The notes beneath the pieces were generated by a model. That model did not search any database. It was given only the letters and a program-made list of their open reading frames with translations, and had not been told where the DNA came from. From an uncultured Actinomycetes bacterium (lineage in GTDB: Bacteria; Actinomycetota; Actinomycetes; Nanopelagicales; Nanopelagicaceae), in the NCBI GenBank assembly GCA_964565165.1, contig CAZMDJ010000003.1, forward strand, positions 7,054-69,043: 61,990 bases of DNA, given 5' to 3'. Below, piece after piece: positions 1-10,819 of this stretch. A program made the position numbers and the translations under genes. Position 1 is the first letter of the stretch. Each line of letters opens with the position of its first letter.

Positions 1-605
1 ATTACTTCAGCGCCAGCGCGACGAAGTGCTTCTGGAGCTACAAAACTTGCTGCACCATTTGCACAATCAACAACAACTTTTAGACCATCGAGCTTCTGTG
101 AAACTGTTGAAAGTAAATGTTCGATATAGCGGTTAGCTGCATCTTTATCTTCAATAACGCGACCAACTCCGCGACCTGTTGGGCGCTCCCATGGCTCTGC
201 CATACGCGCTTGAATCTGATCTTCGATTGCATCATCAAGCTTTCCGCCACCGCGTGCAAATAACTTAATTCCGTTATCAGGCATTGGGTTATGAGAAGCA
301 GAGAGCATCACGCCAAGATCTGCGCCAGTTGATGCGACTAAATATGCGATTGCAGGTGTTGGCAGAACACCAACGCGATAAACATCTACGCCCGCACTTG
401 TTAAACCAGCAACGACCGCAGCTTCTAGAAACTCTCCAGAAGCGCGCGAATCGCTACCAACTATGGCTTTCGGACGATGGTCCTTTATATTTTCAACGAG
501 AATGTGCGCCGCTGCGACAGAAACATTGAGTGCAAGTTCAGCAGTTAAATCGCGATTAGCAAGGCCACGAATACCATCAGTACCGAAGAGACGCTGATCG
601 CCCAT
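1..605 (-). CDS. glmM: phosphoglucosamine mutase GlmM, N-terminal ~201 codons (3' end beyond window start)
   Basis: Absent from the ORF track because there is no stop in the window. The minus-strand ATG at 605..603 reads [26 protein letters not shown]. The in-frame active-site motif [19 protein letters not shown] lies across ~264-320. It follows rplM-rpsI, as is usual in Actinobacteria. Confidence 0.9.
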   Translation of the reverse strand, partial: MGDQRLFGTDGIRGLANRDLTAELALNVSVAAAHILVENIKDHRPKAIVGSDSRASGEFLEAAVVAGLTSAGVDVYRVGVLPTPAIAYLVASTGADLGVMLSASHNPMPDNGIKLFARGGGKLDDAIEDQIQARMAEPWERPTGRGVGRVIEDKDAANRYIEHLLSTVSQKLDGLKVVVDCANGAASFVAPEALRRAGAEV

Positions 606-618
606 AAGCGAAAGTGAA

Positions 619-1098
619 TTAACGCTTTGAGTACTGTGAACGCTTACGAGCCTTCTTTAGGCCGTACTTCTTACGTTCGATAACACGTGCATCACGAGTT
701 AGGAATCCAGCCTTCTTAAGCGCTGGACGGTTTGCATCAACATCGATTGCATTTAGCGCACGTGCGATACCAAGACGAAGTGCACCAGCTTGGCCAGAAA
801 CTCCGCCGCCATCAATGCGAGCAAAGATGTCGTACTGGTTCTCTGCACCAACTGTGCGGAATGGTTCAGAAACTAATTGTTGGTGAACCTTGTTTGGGAA
901 ATAATCTGGAAGAGCCTTGCCATTAACAATCCAACGGCCTGAACCTGGAGTTAGGCGAACGCGTGCAACAGCTTCCTTACGACGACCGGTACCTGCACCT
1001 GGCGCCTTAACTGCTGGACGGTTTGTTGCTGCTGCTGGTGTTGATGAAGAGTAAGAAGTAGGAACTACATCGTCTTCTAGCAAGTTCTTATCTGACAT
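619..1098 (-). CDS. rpsI: 30S ribosomal protein S9 (with N-terminal extension)
   Basis: The 159-aa ORF has the C-terminus [29 protein letters not shown] typical of S9 and sits downstream of rplM. Confidence 0.97.
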   Translation of the reverse strand: MSDKNLLEDDVVPTSYSSSTPAAATNRPAVKAPGAGTGRRKEAVARVRLTPGSGRWIVNGKALPDYFPNKVHQQLVSEPFRTVGAENQYDIFARIDGGGVSGQAGALRLGIARALNAIDVDANRPALKKAGFLTRDARVIERKKYGLKKARKRSQYSKR

Positions 1099-1111
1099 AT
1101 TTTCTTTTCCC

Positions 1112-1567
1112 TTACTTCTTTACAATCTGTGAAACTTGATCAAATACAAATGGTGTTGGTGCTTGTGCCGAGTGTGGGTGTTCTGCACCTGCGTAAACTT
1201 TTAGCTTTGAAGCTTGTGCGCGGCCAATAGAATTCTTTGGAAGCATTCCCTTGATTGCCTTCTCAACTGCACGTGTTGGATGTGTTTGTAGCATCTCGCC
1301 GTAAACAGTTGATGTTAAACCGCCTGGGAAACCTGAGTGGCGGTGTGCCATCTTCTGATTTACCTTGTTACCTGAAAGTGCGATCTTCTCTGCATTAATG
1401 ACGATTACGAAATCGCCCATGTCCATGTGTGCAGCGAATGTTGGCTTGTGCTTACCGCGTAGCAACGCTGCAGCATGAGTTGCAAGACGACCAAGAACTA
1501 CGTCCTCTGCATCGATGATGTACCACTTACGGACAGCATCGCCAGGCTTTGGGCTATATGTGCGCAC
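1112..1567 (-). CDS. rplM: 50S ribosomal protein L13
   Basis: The track ORF runs to 1630, but the conserved L13 N-terminus (V/M)[19 protein letters not shown] starts at GTG 1567. AAGGAG lies just upstream. Confidence 0.93.
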   Translation of the reverse strand: MRTYSPKPGDAVRKWYIIDAEDVVLGRLATHAAALLRGKHKPTFAAHMDMGDFVIVINAEKIALSGNKVNQKMAHRHSGFPGGLTSTVYGEMLQTHPTRAVEKAIKGMLPKNSIGRAQASKLKVYAGAEHPHSAQAPTPFVFDQVSQIVKK

Positions 1568-1630
1568 GCTACTTACTCCTTCAATTACTTCTGATTTTTC
1601 TAGCAGACCATGAGGTCCGGCAGAGGGCAA

Positions 1631-1659
1631 ACTTTACCTTTCGCCGTGAATAGGGTCAA
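1631..1659 (-). promoter_or_regulatory. candidate sigma-70-type promoter for rplM-rpsI-glmM
   Basis: The minus strand reads TTGACC - 17 nt - TAAAGT (-35 at 1659..1654, -10 at 1636..1631), about 65 nt upstream of the rplM GTG. A small hairpin CGGACC-TCAT-GGTCTG lies in the leader. Confidence 0.45.
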
Positions 1660-1669
1660 AACGAGCGTA

Positions 1670-3271
1670 TTAATGGTCGAATACCGGCTCATTGGACTCA
1701 TATACGTGGCCATTTGCCCCGAAAATCAGGAATCTGGTGAAGCCGCGGCAGAACCAGCGGTCGTGGGTCACAGTCAGAACGGTGCCCTCATATTGATTGA
1801 GCGCATTCTCCAAACTTTCCGCGCTAGCAAGATCTAAGTTATCTGTTGGCTCATCGAGCAATAACAAAGTATCTCCAGCTAATTCAAGTAATAAAACTTG
1901 GAATCGCGCTTGTTGTCCGCCAGATAGTTGCGAGAATTTTTGGTTGGCAGCTTGATCAATTTCGTACTTTCCTAAAACTGATTTTGCAGCGCCCAATTGC
2001 AGTGAATGTTCTTCCCAAAGAATCTCTAGAAGCGTCTTACTTTCAAACTCTGGGTGCGCGTGAGTCTGCGCGAAGTAACCAACTTCAACGCGTGCACCAT
2101 ATTTAAATTCGCCTGAATATTTAACGGTCTTATCTCCGCCGATTAATCGTAAGAAGTGAGACTTACCTGTTCCGTTCTTACCTAAAACCGCAACGCGATC
2201 ACCATAAAAGACTTCGAAATTAAACGGCTCTGTTAATCCATTAAGTGCAAAGTTTTCAAAGGTAAGTGCGCGAACACCGGTACGCCCACCTTTAAGTGCC
2301 ACGCGAACATTCTGTTCAATCGGCGGTGCAGGTGGTGCACCAAGTTCTTCGAATTTACGTAAACGAGTCTGCATCGCACGATATTTAGATGCCATATCTG
2401 GTGAAGACTTTGCTTGGTTACGTAAAGTTAAAACCAACTCTTTTAGACGAGTATGTTCCTGTTCCCAACGTAATAAAACTTCCGCAAATCGTTCGTTACG
2501 GGCACGACGAGCATCATGCCAAGTAGAGAACTTTCCGCCATGAACCCATGCGGTATTTCCGTTATGGCCTTGTTCAAGTGCAACAATCTTTGTCGCAACT
2601 TCTTCTAAAAGTTCGCGATCGTGGCTTACAAATAGAACAGTCTTCTTGGTCTCTTTAATGACTTGTTCTAACCAACGCTTTGATGGCACATCTAAATAGT
2701 TATCAGGTTCATCAAGAAGTAACGTCTCCTCAGGGCCTTCCATAAGCGCGCGAACAACTAACTTCTTCTGCTCGCCGCCAGATAAAGTATTAACTAATCG
2801 ATCTTGAACTTTATCGAATGGTTTTCCGAGCGCTTCAGTGCAGCAAGAATCCCAAATAACTTCGAAGTCATAACCGCCAGCGTCGCCCCATTCAACAATC
2901 GCTTCTGCATAAGCCATCTGATCTTTCTCTTCAGCGGTTTCATACATACGCGCTTCGGTTGTTTTAATAGCTTCAGCTGCATCGCGAATTCGCTTCGGTG
3001 CAACTGAAAGTAATAAATCGCGAACCGTTGAATCATCACGAACGCTTCCGATGAACTGGCGCATCACGCCAAGGCCACCTGTGATTGCAACGCTTCCCTC
3101 TTCGGGATCTAAATCGCCAGAGATCATCTTTAATAGAGTGGTTTTACCGGAACCATTAGGTCCAATTAACGCGACTTTATGGCCATCACCAACGCGGAAT
3201 GAAACTTCATTAAGAAGCACACGACCATCAGATAGCGAGAACTCAACACCGCTTACATCAATATGGCCCAA
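1670..3271 (-). CDS. ABC-F family ATPase (two ABC domains, no TM segments)
   Basis: The 533-aa ORF has Walker A GPNGSGKTT and GKNGTGKSH, signatures LSGGEQKK and LSGGQQAR, and a charged inter-domain linker. Confidence 0.88.
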   Translation of the reverse strand: MGHIDVSGVEFSLSDGRVLLNEVSFRVGDGHKVALIGPNGSGKTTLLKMISGDLDPEEGSVAITGGLGVMRQFIGSVRDDSTVRDLLLSVAPKRIRDAAEAIKTTEARMYETAEEKDQMAYAEAIVEWGDAGGYDFEVIWDSCCTEALGKPFDKVQDRLVNTLSGGEQKKLVVRALMEGPEETLLLDEPDNYLDVPSKRWLEQVIKETKKTVLFVSHDRELLEEVATKIVALEQGHNGNTAWVHGGKFSTWHDARRARNERFAEVLLRWEQEHTRLKELVLTLRNQAKSSPDMASKYRAMQTRLRKFEELGAPPAPPIEQNVRVALKGGRTGVRALTFENFALNGLTEPFNFEVFYGDRVAVLGKNGTGKSHFLRLIGGDKTVKYSGEFKYGARVEVGYFAQTHAHPEFESKTLLEILWEEHSLQLGAAKSVLGKYEIDQAANQKFSQLSGGQQARFQVLLLELAGDTLLLLDEPTDNLDLASAESLENALNQYEGTVLTVTHDRWFCRGFTRFLIFGANGHVYESNEPVFDH

Positions 3272-4132
3272 TTACTCTTCCTCATCTTCGTCGATATTTA
3301 GCGCTCGTCGCGCCAATACTTTCTTAAATCTTTCGACCATCTCTTCATCAGTTGGATAATCAACGCCAACGAAAGTTAAGCCATTTGCAGGGAAAACTAC
3401 TGAATCTGAAGGGCGTTCCTTCTTATCTAGAACCTCTTTAGCCCAAGAGACCGGGAATCTGCCCTCACCTATGTAAACCATCGTGCCAATTAACGCTCTA
3501 ACCATGTTGTAACAGAAGGCATCGGCTGTGATGTGCGAAATGATTACGCCATCTTCCATACGTTCAAAATCAAATCTTTGTAAATCGCGAATCGTTGTCG
3601 CATTAGCGCGGAACTTTGCGTAGCTAAAGAAATCATGTTCGCCTAATAGCGTTTTAGCTGCTTGATTCATTAAATCAATATCTAAATCGCGGTACCAAGG
3701 CGCGATATCTAAGCGCTTAATTGGTTCGACAATTCCATTGCCATCTTGAATCTTGTAGACATAGTGGCGTCGCAAAGCGCCGTAACGTGCATGGAAATTA
3801 TCGCTTGCACGTTCTACTGATTTAACGCGAACATCTTCTGGCAAGATTCGATTTAATTTATAGACCAAAGTATCTAAATCAAAACCAAAATCACCTTCAG
3901 GTAGATCCGCATGCGCTACCTGTCCGGTTGCATGGACTCCAGCATCAGTGCGGCCGGCAACAACTGTTTCTATATTTTGGCGATATAAAGTGCTTAAAAC
4001 TGATTCGAGTTCACCTTGAACTGTGCGCACATCATTTTGGCGACCCCAGCCAAAGAAGTTTGTTCCGTCGTATCCCAACAAAATGCGGACACGAAAAAAC
4101 CCACTCTCAGGTGCGAGAGTGGGTTGATTCAT
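3272..4132 (-). CDS. truA: tRNA pseudouridine(38-40) synthase TruA
   Basis: The 286-aa ORF carries the catalytic motif GRTDAGVHA and sits after rplQ, as in the conserved alpha-operon neighbourhood. Confidence 0.92.
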   Translation of the reverse strand: MNQPTLAPESGFFRVRILLGYDGTNFFGWGRQNDVRTVQGELESVLSTLYRQNIETVVAGRTDAGVHATGQVAHADLPEGDFGFDLDTLVYKLNRILPEDVRVKSVERASDNFHARYGALRRHYVYKIQDGNGIVEPIKRLDIAPWYRDLDIDLMNQAAKTLLGEHDFFSYAKFRANATTIRDLQRFDFERMEDGVIISHITADAFCYNMVRALIGTMVYIGEGRFPVSWAKEVLDKKERPSDSVVFPANGLTFVGVDYPTDEEMVERFKKVLARRALNIDEDEEE

Positions 4133-4138
4133 GACGGA

Positions 4139-4489
4139 TTAGAGAACCTCGATCACTGCCATAGGCGCGTTATCGCCTTTGCGTGGACCGATCTTTGTAA
4201 TACGTGTGTAACCGCCGTTGCGATCAGCCATGCGTGGACCAATTTCAGTAAATAGTGTGTGCACTACTGACTTGTTAGAGATCTTTGCTAGTACTTCGCG
4301 GCGTGCTGCAAGGTCTCCACGCTTTGCAAAGGTAATTAGCTTCTCTGCGTATGGGCGCAGACGCTTTGCCTTTGTCTCAGTTGTGGTGATCTTGCCGTGC
4401 TGGAATAGCTGTTCAGCGAGTGTTGCTAGAAGCAAACGCTCGTGAGCTGGACCGCTTCCGAGGCGTGGGCCTTTTGATGGTGTTGGCAT
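4139..4489 (-). CDS. rplQ: 50S ribosomal protein L17
   Basis: The 116-aa ORF begins [25 protein letters not shown] and follows rpoA. Confidence 0.97.
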   Translation of the reverse strand: MPTPSKGPRLGSGPAHERLLLATLAEQLFQHGKITTTETKAKRLRPYAEKLITFAKRGDLAARREVLAKISNKSVVHTLFTEIGPRMADRNGGYTRITKIGPRKGDNAPMAVIEVL

Positions 4490-4522
4490 TTTCTTTCCTT
4501 TTTACTCTTCTATTACTCGCCG

Positions 4523-5521
4523 TTATTCCGCAATCTCATCTTCATGAGCATTGTAATTTGCATGCTGAGTTGGATCGAAGCCTGCTGGGCTATCCTTCAA
4601 TGAGAGACCCATTGAAACTAGCTTTGCCTTAACTTCGTCGATCGACTTGCTTCCGAAGTTACGGATATCAAGTAGATCAGCCTCAGAACGATTAACTAGT
4701 TCGCCAACTGTGTGAATGCCTTCGCGCTTCAAGCAGTTATATGAACGAACAGTTAGATCAAGATCTTCAATTGGTAGCGCTAGGTCTGCTGCAAGAGCTG
4801 CATCCATAACAGATGGACCCATGTCGATACCTTCTGCATCAAGATTTAGTTCGCGTGCTAAACCAAATAGCTCAACCAATGTGTGGCCAGCTGATGCAAC
4901 TGCATCGCGTGGCTTCATTGATGCCTTTGTTTCAACATCGACAACTAGACGATCGAAGTCTGTACGCTGTTCAACACGTGTTGCTTCAACCTTATAAGTC
5001 ACCTTTAGAACTGGTGAATAGATTGAGTCAACCGGAATGCGACCGATCTCTGCGCCAACAGCCTTGTTCTGAACTGCAGTTACATAACCGCGTCCACGCT
5101 CGATTGTTAGTTCGATTTCTAGGTTTGCCTTGCCGTTAAGTGTTGCGATGTGAAGATCAGGGTTGTGAACTTCTACGCCAGCTGGAACTGCAACATCTGC
5201 ACCAGTAACTGCGCCAGAACCTGACTTACGGATGTAAGCAGTTGCTGGTTCGTCGTTATCTGATGAAAGAACTAGGTTCTTGATGTTAAGAACAACTTCA
5301 GTTAAATCTTCCTTTACACCTTCAAGAGTTGTGAACTCGTGAAGCGCTCCTGCAACGCGAATGCTTGTAACTGCTGCACCTGGGATAGATGAAAGCAGTG
5401 TGCGACGCATTGAGTTACCAAGTGTGTAACCAAAGCCTGGCTCAAGCGGTTCAATGATGAAACGTGAGCGGTGCTCTGAAATAACTTCTTCAGTAAGTGT
5501 TGGACGCTGTGCAATAAGCAC
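4523..5521 (-). CDS. rpoA: DNA-directed RNA polymerase alpha subunit
   Basis: The 332-aa ORF begins [48 protein letters not shown] and has the C-terminal domain [23 protein letters not shown]. Confidence 0.98.
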   Translation of the reverse strand: MLIAQRPTLTEEVISEHRSRFIIEPLEPGFGYTLGNSMRRTLLSSIPGAAVTSIRVAGALHEFTTLEGVKEDLTEVVLNIKNLVLSSDNDEPATAYIRKSGSGAVTGADVAVPAGVEVHNPDLHIATLNGKANLEIELTIERGRGYVTAVQNKAVGAEIGRIPVDSIYSPVLKVTYKVEATRVEQRTDFDRLVVDVETKASMKPRDAVASAGHTLVELFGLARELNLDAEGIDMGPSVMDAALAADLALPIEDLDLTVRSYNCLKREGIHTVGELVNRSEADLLDIRNFGSKSIDEVKAKLVSMGLSLKDSPAGFDPTQHANYNAHEDEIAE

Positions 5522-5591
5522 GTTTTCTCCTCTTTCCTTTGAGGGGATCCACTATTTGATCCCCGTTCTGGTCTTACGAAATTAAAAACTA

Positions 5592-6218
5592 TTACTTTGA
5601 GTAAAGTTCAACGATTAGTTGTTCTTGTACCTGTGTATCGATCACTGAACGGTTTGGTAGTCCGTGAACGATGATGCGCATCTGTGATGGAACAACTTCC
5701 ATCCAAGCTGGAACTGACTTCTCGCCGAATTCCGCACTTGCAACGATGAACGGTGTTAGGTCATGTGACTTTGGAAGAACATCAATCACATCGAATTGTG
5801 AAACGCGATATGAAGGAATGTTTACCTTCTTGCCATTAACCAAGAAATGTCCGTGACGAACAAGCTGACGTGCCATGTCGCGTGACTTTGCAAAACCTGC
5901 ACGATAAACAACGTTATCTAGACGGGTTTCCAAAAGGATAAGTAGGTTTTCACCTGTCTTACCTGCGCGGCGGTTAGCCTCTTCGTAATATGAACGGAAC
6001 TGCTTCTCTAGTACACCGTAGATACGTGCAGTCTTCTGCTTTTCACGCATCTGAAGTAGATACTCAGATTCCTTACCGCGACCACGACCATGCTGTCCTG
6101 GTGGGTATGGACGAGATTCAATAGGGCACTTTGGTCCATCGCACTTTGATCCCTTAAGGAAAAGTTTTACCTTTTCGCGACGGCAGCGCTTGCAATCTGC
6201 ACCTGTATAACGAGCCAT
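5592..6218 (-). CDS. rpsD: 30S ribosomal protein S4
   Basis: The 208-aa ORF begins [23 protein letters not shown]. Confidence 0.97.
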   Translation of the reverse strand: MARYTGADCKRCRREKVKLFLKGSKCDGPKCPIESRPYPPGQHGRGRGKESEYLLQMREKQKTARIYGVLEKQFRSYYEEANRRAGKTGENLLILLETRLDNVVYRAGFAKSRDMARQLVRHGHFLVNGKKVNIPSYRVSQFDVIDVLPKSHDLTPFIVASAEFGEKSVPAWMEVVPSQMRIIVHGLPNRSVIDTQVQEQLIVELYSK

Positions 6219-6234
6219 TATTTATTCAATCTCC

Positions 6235-6669
6235 TTAGACGCGACGTGGCTTGGTAGGGCGGCAACCATTGTGTGGAGCTGGAGTCACATCTGAGATTGA
6301 TCCAACTTCAAGTCCTGCTGCCTGCAATGAACGGATAGCTGTTTCGCGTCCTGAACCAGGACCCTTAACAAATACATCCACCTTCTTCAAACCATGCTCT
6401 TGTGCACGACGAGCTGCAGCTTCTGCTGCCATCTGTGCTGCGTACGGTGTTGATTTACGTGAACCTTTAAATCCAACCTGACCTGATGATGCCCATGAAA
6501 TAACTGCACCAGTTGGATCAGTAATTGAAACGATTGTGTTGTTGAAGGTGCTCTTGATGTGAGCTTGTCCTGCAGCAACGTTCTTCTTCTCTTTCTTACG
6601 AAGCTTAACTTTGCCCTTAGCGCCACCCTTTGATGGGGTTGCCGCTGCGGCTTTCTTAGGAGCAGCCAT
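6235..6669 (-). CDS. rpsK: 30S ribosomal protein S11 (Lys/Ala-rich N-terminal extension)
   Basis: The 144-aa ORF contains [19 protein letters not shown] and ends RPTKPRRV. Confidence 0.97.
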   Translation of the reverse strand: MAAPKKAAAATPSKGGAKGKVKLRKKEKKNVAAGQAHIKSTFNNTIVSITDPTGAVISWASSGQVGFKGSRKSTPYAAQMAAEAAARRAQEHGLKKVDVFVKGPGSGRETAIRSLQAAGLEVGSISDVTPAPHNGCRPTKPRRV

Positions 6670-7046
6670 TACTTAGTCACCTTCTTCTTTCCTGCAATTG
6701 CTACACGTGGACCCTTACGAGTACGCGCATTTGTATGTGTGCGCTGGCCACGGACAGGAAGTCCCTTACGGTGACGAATACCTTGGTAGCTCTGAATTTC
6801 AACTTTACGACGGATATCGCCAGCGATTTCACGGCGAAGATCACCTTCGATTTTGTAATTAGCTTCGATGTATTCACGAAGCTTTGCTAGATCTGGCTCT
6901 TGTAAATCCTTAACGCGGATATCACCTGAGAGACCAGTAGCCTTTAGTGTTTCCTTCGAACGAGTTAAACCCATTCCGAAGATATAAGTTAGTGCGATCT
7001 CTAAACGCTTTTCGCGTGGAAGATCAACACCGACAAGACGTGCCAT
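6669..7046 (-). CDS. rpsM: 30S ribosomal protein S13
   Basis: The 125-aa ORF begins [26 protein letters not shown]. Confidence 0.97.
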   Translation of the reverse strand: MARLVGVDLPREKRLEIALTYIFGMGLTRSKETLKATGLSGDIRVKDLQEPDLAKLREYIEANYKIEGDLRREIAGDIRRKVEIQSYQGIRHRKGLPVRGQRTHTNARTRKGPRVAIAGKKKVTK

Positions 7047-7064
7047 CTATATTCCTTTAGTTTC

Positions 7065-7130
7065 CCGATAGGTCCTCCGCGATGCTGTCTAATGTTTCTC
7101 AACGTTAGCCCCGGCCTATCGGACCGGAGG
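7065..7130 (-). promoter_or_regulatory. candidate structured translational-operator RNA in the rpsM leader (two crossing helices)
   Basis: ccgatagg (7065-7072) is complementary to cctatcgg (7115-7122). cctccg (7074-7079) is complementary to cggagg (7125-7130). The arm order is S1-S2-S1'-S2'. The element ends 18 nt from the rpsM ATG, next to the SD AAAGGAA. Confidence 0.35.
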
Positions 7131-7192
7131 TCTTAATTAATTTCTTAATTAAGTCGCATCACGCGTACAAGTTGTTATTCGTTATTTACGAA

Positions 7193-7306
7193 TTAGCCTT
7201 GGCGCTGCTTATGGCGAAGGTTTTCGCAAATGACCATAACGCGTCCTTTGCGTCGAATGACCTTGCACTTATCGCAGATCTTCTTAACGCTTGGTTGCAC
7301 CTTCAT
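7193..7306 (-). CDS. rpmJ: 50S ribosomal protein L36 (zinc-ribbon form)
   Basis: Not in the ORF track (37 aa). Hand translation gives [37 protein letters not shown] between infA and rpsM. Confidence 0.95.
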   Translation of the reverse strand: MKVQPSVKKICDKCKVIRRKGRVMVICENLRHKQRQG

Positions 7307-7332
7307 TTGTTCTCCTTCTTACTTATTTACTG

Positions 7333-7554
7333 TTACTTGTAACGGTAAATAATTCGACCCTTAGTTAGGTCGTACGGACTCATTTCTACAATCACACGGT
7401 CTGCAGGAAGAATGCGAATATAATTTTTTCGCATCTTGCCACTGATGTGCGCAAGAACTTTATGTCCGTTTGATAACTCAACACGGAACATTGCGTTAGG
7501 CAAAGCTTCAGCAACAACGCCTTCCATTTCGATGGCGCTACCCTCTTTAGCCAA
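7333..7554 (-). CDS. infA: translation initiation factor IF-1
   Basis: The track ORF extends to 7587. A TTG at 7554 gives a 73-aa protein (M)[53 protein letters not shown], the canonical IF-1 length. Confidence 0.93.
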   Translation of the reverse strand: MAKEGSAIEMEGVVAEALPNAMFRVELSNGHKVLAHISGKMRKNYIRILPADRVIVEMSPYDLTKGRIIYRYK

Positions 7555-7605
7555 GACCCCGCCTGTCCCTAATTGAGTGCGCCCCAATTTGAGGCGCGAA
7601 GGGTA

Positions 7606-7634
7606 ATTCTATTTACGCGGGTGATTATCGACAA
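7606..7634 (-). promoter_or_regulatory. candidate sigma-70-type promoter for infA-rpmJ-(alpha operon)
   Basis: The minus strand reads TTGTCG - 17 nt - TAGAAT (-35 at 7634..7629, -10 at 7611..7606), about 50 nt upstream of the infA start. Confidence 0.45.
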
Positions 7635-7652
7635 ATCGAGGCATAGGCCACA

Positions 7653-8813
7653 TTATTCAGCAGCCGATGCGACCAAACTTGCGCCTAAAAGCGCTGCCAT
7701 CGACCAGAAAACTGCCCCTACTCCAGCCCCAGTAGCTAGAAGACCTGCGGCAACTGGAAGTACGAATTGGCCTAGGCGGTTACCAGTTAATCGAGCTGAA
7801 ACTGCCAATGCGCGTTCATCCGCTTTAGTTCGGTGAGAAATTAAAGCCATAGTTAGTGGCTGCCCAAATCCAGATGAGAAACCAGCAATGAAGACAAGTG
7901 CACCAAGAACTACTGGATTACTTGTGTAAACCATTCCGATACATGCAAACATTGAAACAGTAGTTGTACTTAGAAGCAGTGGGCGATCTTTTATATGTTG
8001 GCTAACTTTGCCGAGAATTAACCTTGAACCCATCGAACCTACTGCGCGAAGTGAAATTATCAAACCAATGACTGCAGGATCAATTGCGCGCTCTTTACCA
8101 AGTAAAGGCAAGAAGATAACTATAAGATCCAATGTTGAAGAAATTGCCATTGAGATAAATACTGCAAGTGAAATTTCTTTTCTGGAGAGCATTGATTTCG
8201 CCGCAGACCAGGTATTGCTCTGCTCTTCTGCTGCTTTAACTGTAGGCGCAGATTTACGCCACTTCCAAGTTGGTATTAGCGCAATTGTTGAAAGAGCAAT
8301 CGCAAAGAAGAATGCATAGTTGCTATGTCTTGGCATTCCATTTGCGAGAGATCCTGCAAGTAAGCCTGCCATTACTGGACCAAAGGTGTGGCCAAGGGAT
8401 GCGCTAAATGTGTAGTAACCAAATAATCGGTTGTAATCAGATTTAGGTGTTCGTAACGCCACCATTGTCTGTCCACCAACCATTAGTGCTAAATGTGACA
8501 GACCTGCGAAAGCTGTCGCTGCAGCAAGCGTTGCAACGTTATTTGTAAATACAAGTGATGTACATGAAGCAATTAACGAAAGCGTGCCGATTACCAGAAA
8601 CTTACCTTCGCCGTACTTTCCTACCCAGCTGCCAAATTTAAGTGCAAGTAAAACTGGAAAGAGCGCATAGATGGCTCCGATTAAACCGATTGCCGTCGCG
8701 CCCGCATCAATTTCGATTGCTCGATAAGTGATAAACGGGCGGACGACATACATGGTGGCTTGCGTGAAGGTAGAGCTAATTAATAAACGTTTAGCCCAGA
8801 CTTCAACAGCCAT
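7653..8813 (-). CDS. MFS-type transporter
   Basis: The 386-aa ORF is a highly hydrophobic protein with about 12 TM segments and two-fold-repeat architecture. Substrate unknown. Confidence 0.7.
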   Translation of the reverse strand: MAVEVWAKRLLISSTFTQATMYVVRPFITYRAIEIDAGATAIGLIGAIYALFPVLLALKFGSWVGKYGEGKFLVIGTLSLIASCTSLVFTNNVATLAAATAFAGLSHLALMVGGQTMVALRTPKSDYNRLFGYYTFSASLGHTFGPVMAGLLAGSLANGMPRHSNYAFFFAIALSTIALIPTWKWRKSAPTVKAAEEQSNTWSAAKSMLSRKEISLAVFISMAISSTLDLIVIFLPLLGKERAIDPAVIGLIISLRAVGSMGSRLILGKVSQHIKDRPLLLSTTTVSMFACIGMVYTSNPVVLGALVFIAGFSSGFGQPLTMALISHRTKADERALAVSARLTGNRLGQFVLPVAAGLLATGAGVGAVFWSMAALLGASLVASAAE

Positions 8814-8816
8814 TAA

Positions 8817-10325
8817 TTACTTCTTCTTTGGATACTTAATATCGCGCTTTTTGATTGCACGCCAGATAAATGTCGTAAATACAACGATTGCGAGAATTAT
8901 GTAAAGCACCTTTGAAAGTGGAGTTGCAAATAGCTCAGATCGTTCTCCGACACTGATTTGTAGCGCACGACGCATCTGAAGTTCGGCCATTGGTCCTAAA
9001 ATCAAACCGATAATCAACGGTGTAATTGGAACACCGTAACGACGGAAGAAGTAACCAACGACTGCAACGCCAAGTGCGATCCAGAGATCAAAAATCGCAT
9101 TATTTGCTACATATGCGCCCATCAATGCGAAGGTCGTAATACCTGCAAATAAGTATGGTTTTGGAATCTTTAATAACTTAACCCAAATCTTCACAAATGG
9201 AAGGTTGAGAATTAGTAGCAAAGTATTTCCAACGAAGAGTGCGGCAATCAATGTCCAAACTACATCTGGATTGGTTGCAAATAGCAATGGTCCTGTTTGA
9301 ATGTTGTAAGTCTGGAAAGCAACCAAGATAACTGCAGCTGTTGCTGAAGTTGGAAGGCCAAGAGCTAGAAGCGGAACTAGTGCACCAGCAGCGTTTGCAT
9401 TATTTGCAGCTTCTGGTCCGGCCACACCTTCGATAGCGCCTTTACCGAATTCATCTTTATTCTTAGATAAATTCTTCTCGACTGAATAACTTAAGAATGT
9501 TGGAACTTCAGATCCACCTGCAGGCATGATTCCGAGAGGGAAACCAATAAATGTTCCGCGAATCCAAGGCTTCCAAGAACGGCGCCAATCTTCGCGAGTC
9601 ATTAGCGCTTTGCCTTGCATCTGGATTAACGACCAACCGCTCTCCTTTGCACGACCTGCAATATAAAGAGCTTCACCAAGTGCGAAGATCGAAACAATCA
9701 CCGTAACTGTTTCGATGCCATCAATTGCGTGTAGGTTTCCGAAAGTTAAACGAACTGCGCCAGATTGAAGATCTGAACCAACTAATCCAAGGGCTAAACC
9801 AACAGATAGCGAGACCATTCCGCGAATCATTGAAGATCCAAGGAGCGAGCCAACAGTCATAAATGCAACTAACATCAGCGCGAAATAATCAGCTGCAGTC
9901 ACTGAAATTGCGACATTTGCTAGCGATGGCGCTGCAAAGGCCAAAATTCCGGTTGCGATTGTTCCGGCTACGAAGGAACCAATCGCAGCTGTGGCAAGCG
10001 CTGCTCCTGCGCGTCCGCGCTTAGCCATCTGGTGGCCTTCAAGTGCAGTAATTACCGAACCAGATTCGCCTGGTGTATTTAGCAGAATCGAAGTTGTTGA
10101 TCCGCCATACATCGCGCCGTAATAAATTGCCGCGAACATAATTAGCGCAGATGCTGGGTTAATTGAATAAGTAATTGGAAGAAGAAGCGCAATTGCTAAA
10201 GCAGGTCCGATTCCAGGTAGTACGCCAACTAAAGTTCCTAGAAGTGTTCCTAGGAGACCAAACATTAAATTGCTTAGAGTTAGCGCATTTGCGAAGCCGT
10301 GTAATAAGGACTCTACGTTATTCAT
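8817..10325 (-). CDS. tctA: tripartite tricarboxylate transporter large permease TctA
   Basis: The 502-aa polytopic protein follows small (TctB-like) and periplasmic-binding (TctC-like) genes. It contains TctA-like motifs GVLPGIGP and [14 protein letters not shown]. Confidence 0.85.
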   Translation of the reverse strand: MNNVESLLHGFANALTLSNLMFGLLGTLLGTLVGVLPGIGPALAIALLLPITYSINPASALIMFAAIYYGAMYGGSTTSILLNTPGESGSVITALEGHQMAKRGRAGAALATAAIGSFVAGTIATGILAFAAPSLANVAISVTAADYFALMLVAFMTVGSLLGSSMIRGMVSLSVGLALGLVGSDLQSGAVRLTFGNLHAIDGIETVTVIVSIFALGEALYIAGRAKESGWSLIQMQGKALMTREDWRRSWKPWIRGTFIGFPLGIMPAGGSEVPTFLSYSVEKNLSKNKDEFGKGAIEGVAGPEAANNANAAGALVPLLALGLPTSATAAVILVAFQTYNIQTGPLLFATNPDVVWTLIAALFVGNTLLLILNLPFVKIWVKLLKIPKPYLFAGITTFALMGAYVANNAIFDLWIALGVAVVGYFFRRYGVPITPLIIGLILGPMAELQMRRALQISVGERSELFATPLSKVLYIILAIVVFTTFIWRAIKKRDIKYPKKK

Positions 10326-10816
10326 AGAATTCCTTTCAAAACACCGGCAGGAAGTTCAACGCTTAAAAACTTAGTAAATGTCAGATAAACAACTAAAGCA
10401 AAGATAATTGCAATAAGTAAGTTCTTAATTAACTTGCGAGCGCCATAAGCAAAACCAACTCCGAAGAAGACCACAGTTGATGCGATTACGAAACCGGCAC
10501 TCTCAATTAAAAATGGGTAGGTAAGGACTGATGCTGAAACTGTTCCAAGTGTTTTGAAATCAGTCTTTGACTTAATCTCGCCAAATTCAGTTCCTTCAGG
10601 TTGTCCGTAATTTCCGCGGAGAACTTCAACAGCTAAGAAGAGTGCGACAACGACAATAAATGTGCCAATGATGGTTGGGAAAACTTGCGGTCCAACGCTT
10701 CCAGATCCTGGAGGCACAACCATTCTCTTGGTATCAAAGAGAACAATGAGTCCAAGCAGCAGAAGAGAGCCCGCAAATGCGAGCTCTCCCACTGCTTCTT
10801 TTTTGAATTTAATCAA
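10322..10816 (-). CDS. tctB: tripartite tricarboxylate transporter small subunit TctB
   Basis: The 164-aa protein has 4 TM segments. It shows a 4-nt ATGA overlap with tctA and is positioned between tctC and tctA. Confidence 0.75.
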   Translation of the reverse strand: MIKFKKEAVGELAFAGSLLLLGLIVLFDTKRMVVPPGSGSVGPQVFPTIIGTFIVVVALFLAVEVLRGNYGQPEGTEFGEIKSKTDFKTLGTVSASVLTYPFLIESAGFVIASTVVFFGVGFAYGARKLIKNLLIAIIFALVVYLTFTKFLSVELPAGVLKGIL

Positions 10817-10819
10817 TTT

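Noticed and set aside
284-529. 81-aa plus-strand ORF at the window start
   Set aside because: It lies fully inside the minus-strand glmM reading frame, which carries the unmistakable [10 protein letters not shown] active-site motif.
1568-1630. N-terminal extensions of track ORFs (rplM to 1630, adk to 13604, rpmC to 19469, rplV to 21093, infA to 7587, rplJ to 59419, deoD from 28710, the 233-aa protein to 34810)
   Set aside because: In each case the conserved N-terminus begins at an internal ATG, GTG or TTG. The extension either overlaps the upstream gene or lacks an SD, so the shorter coordinates are reported.
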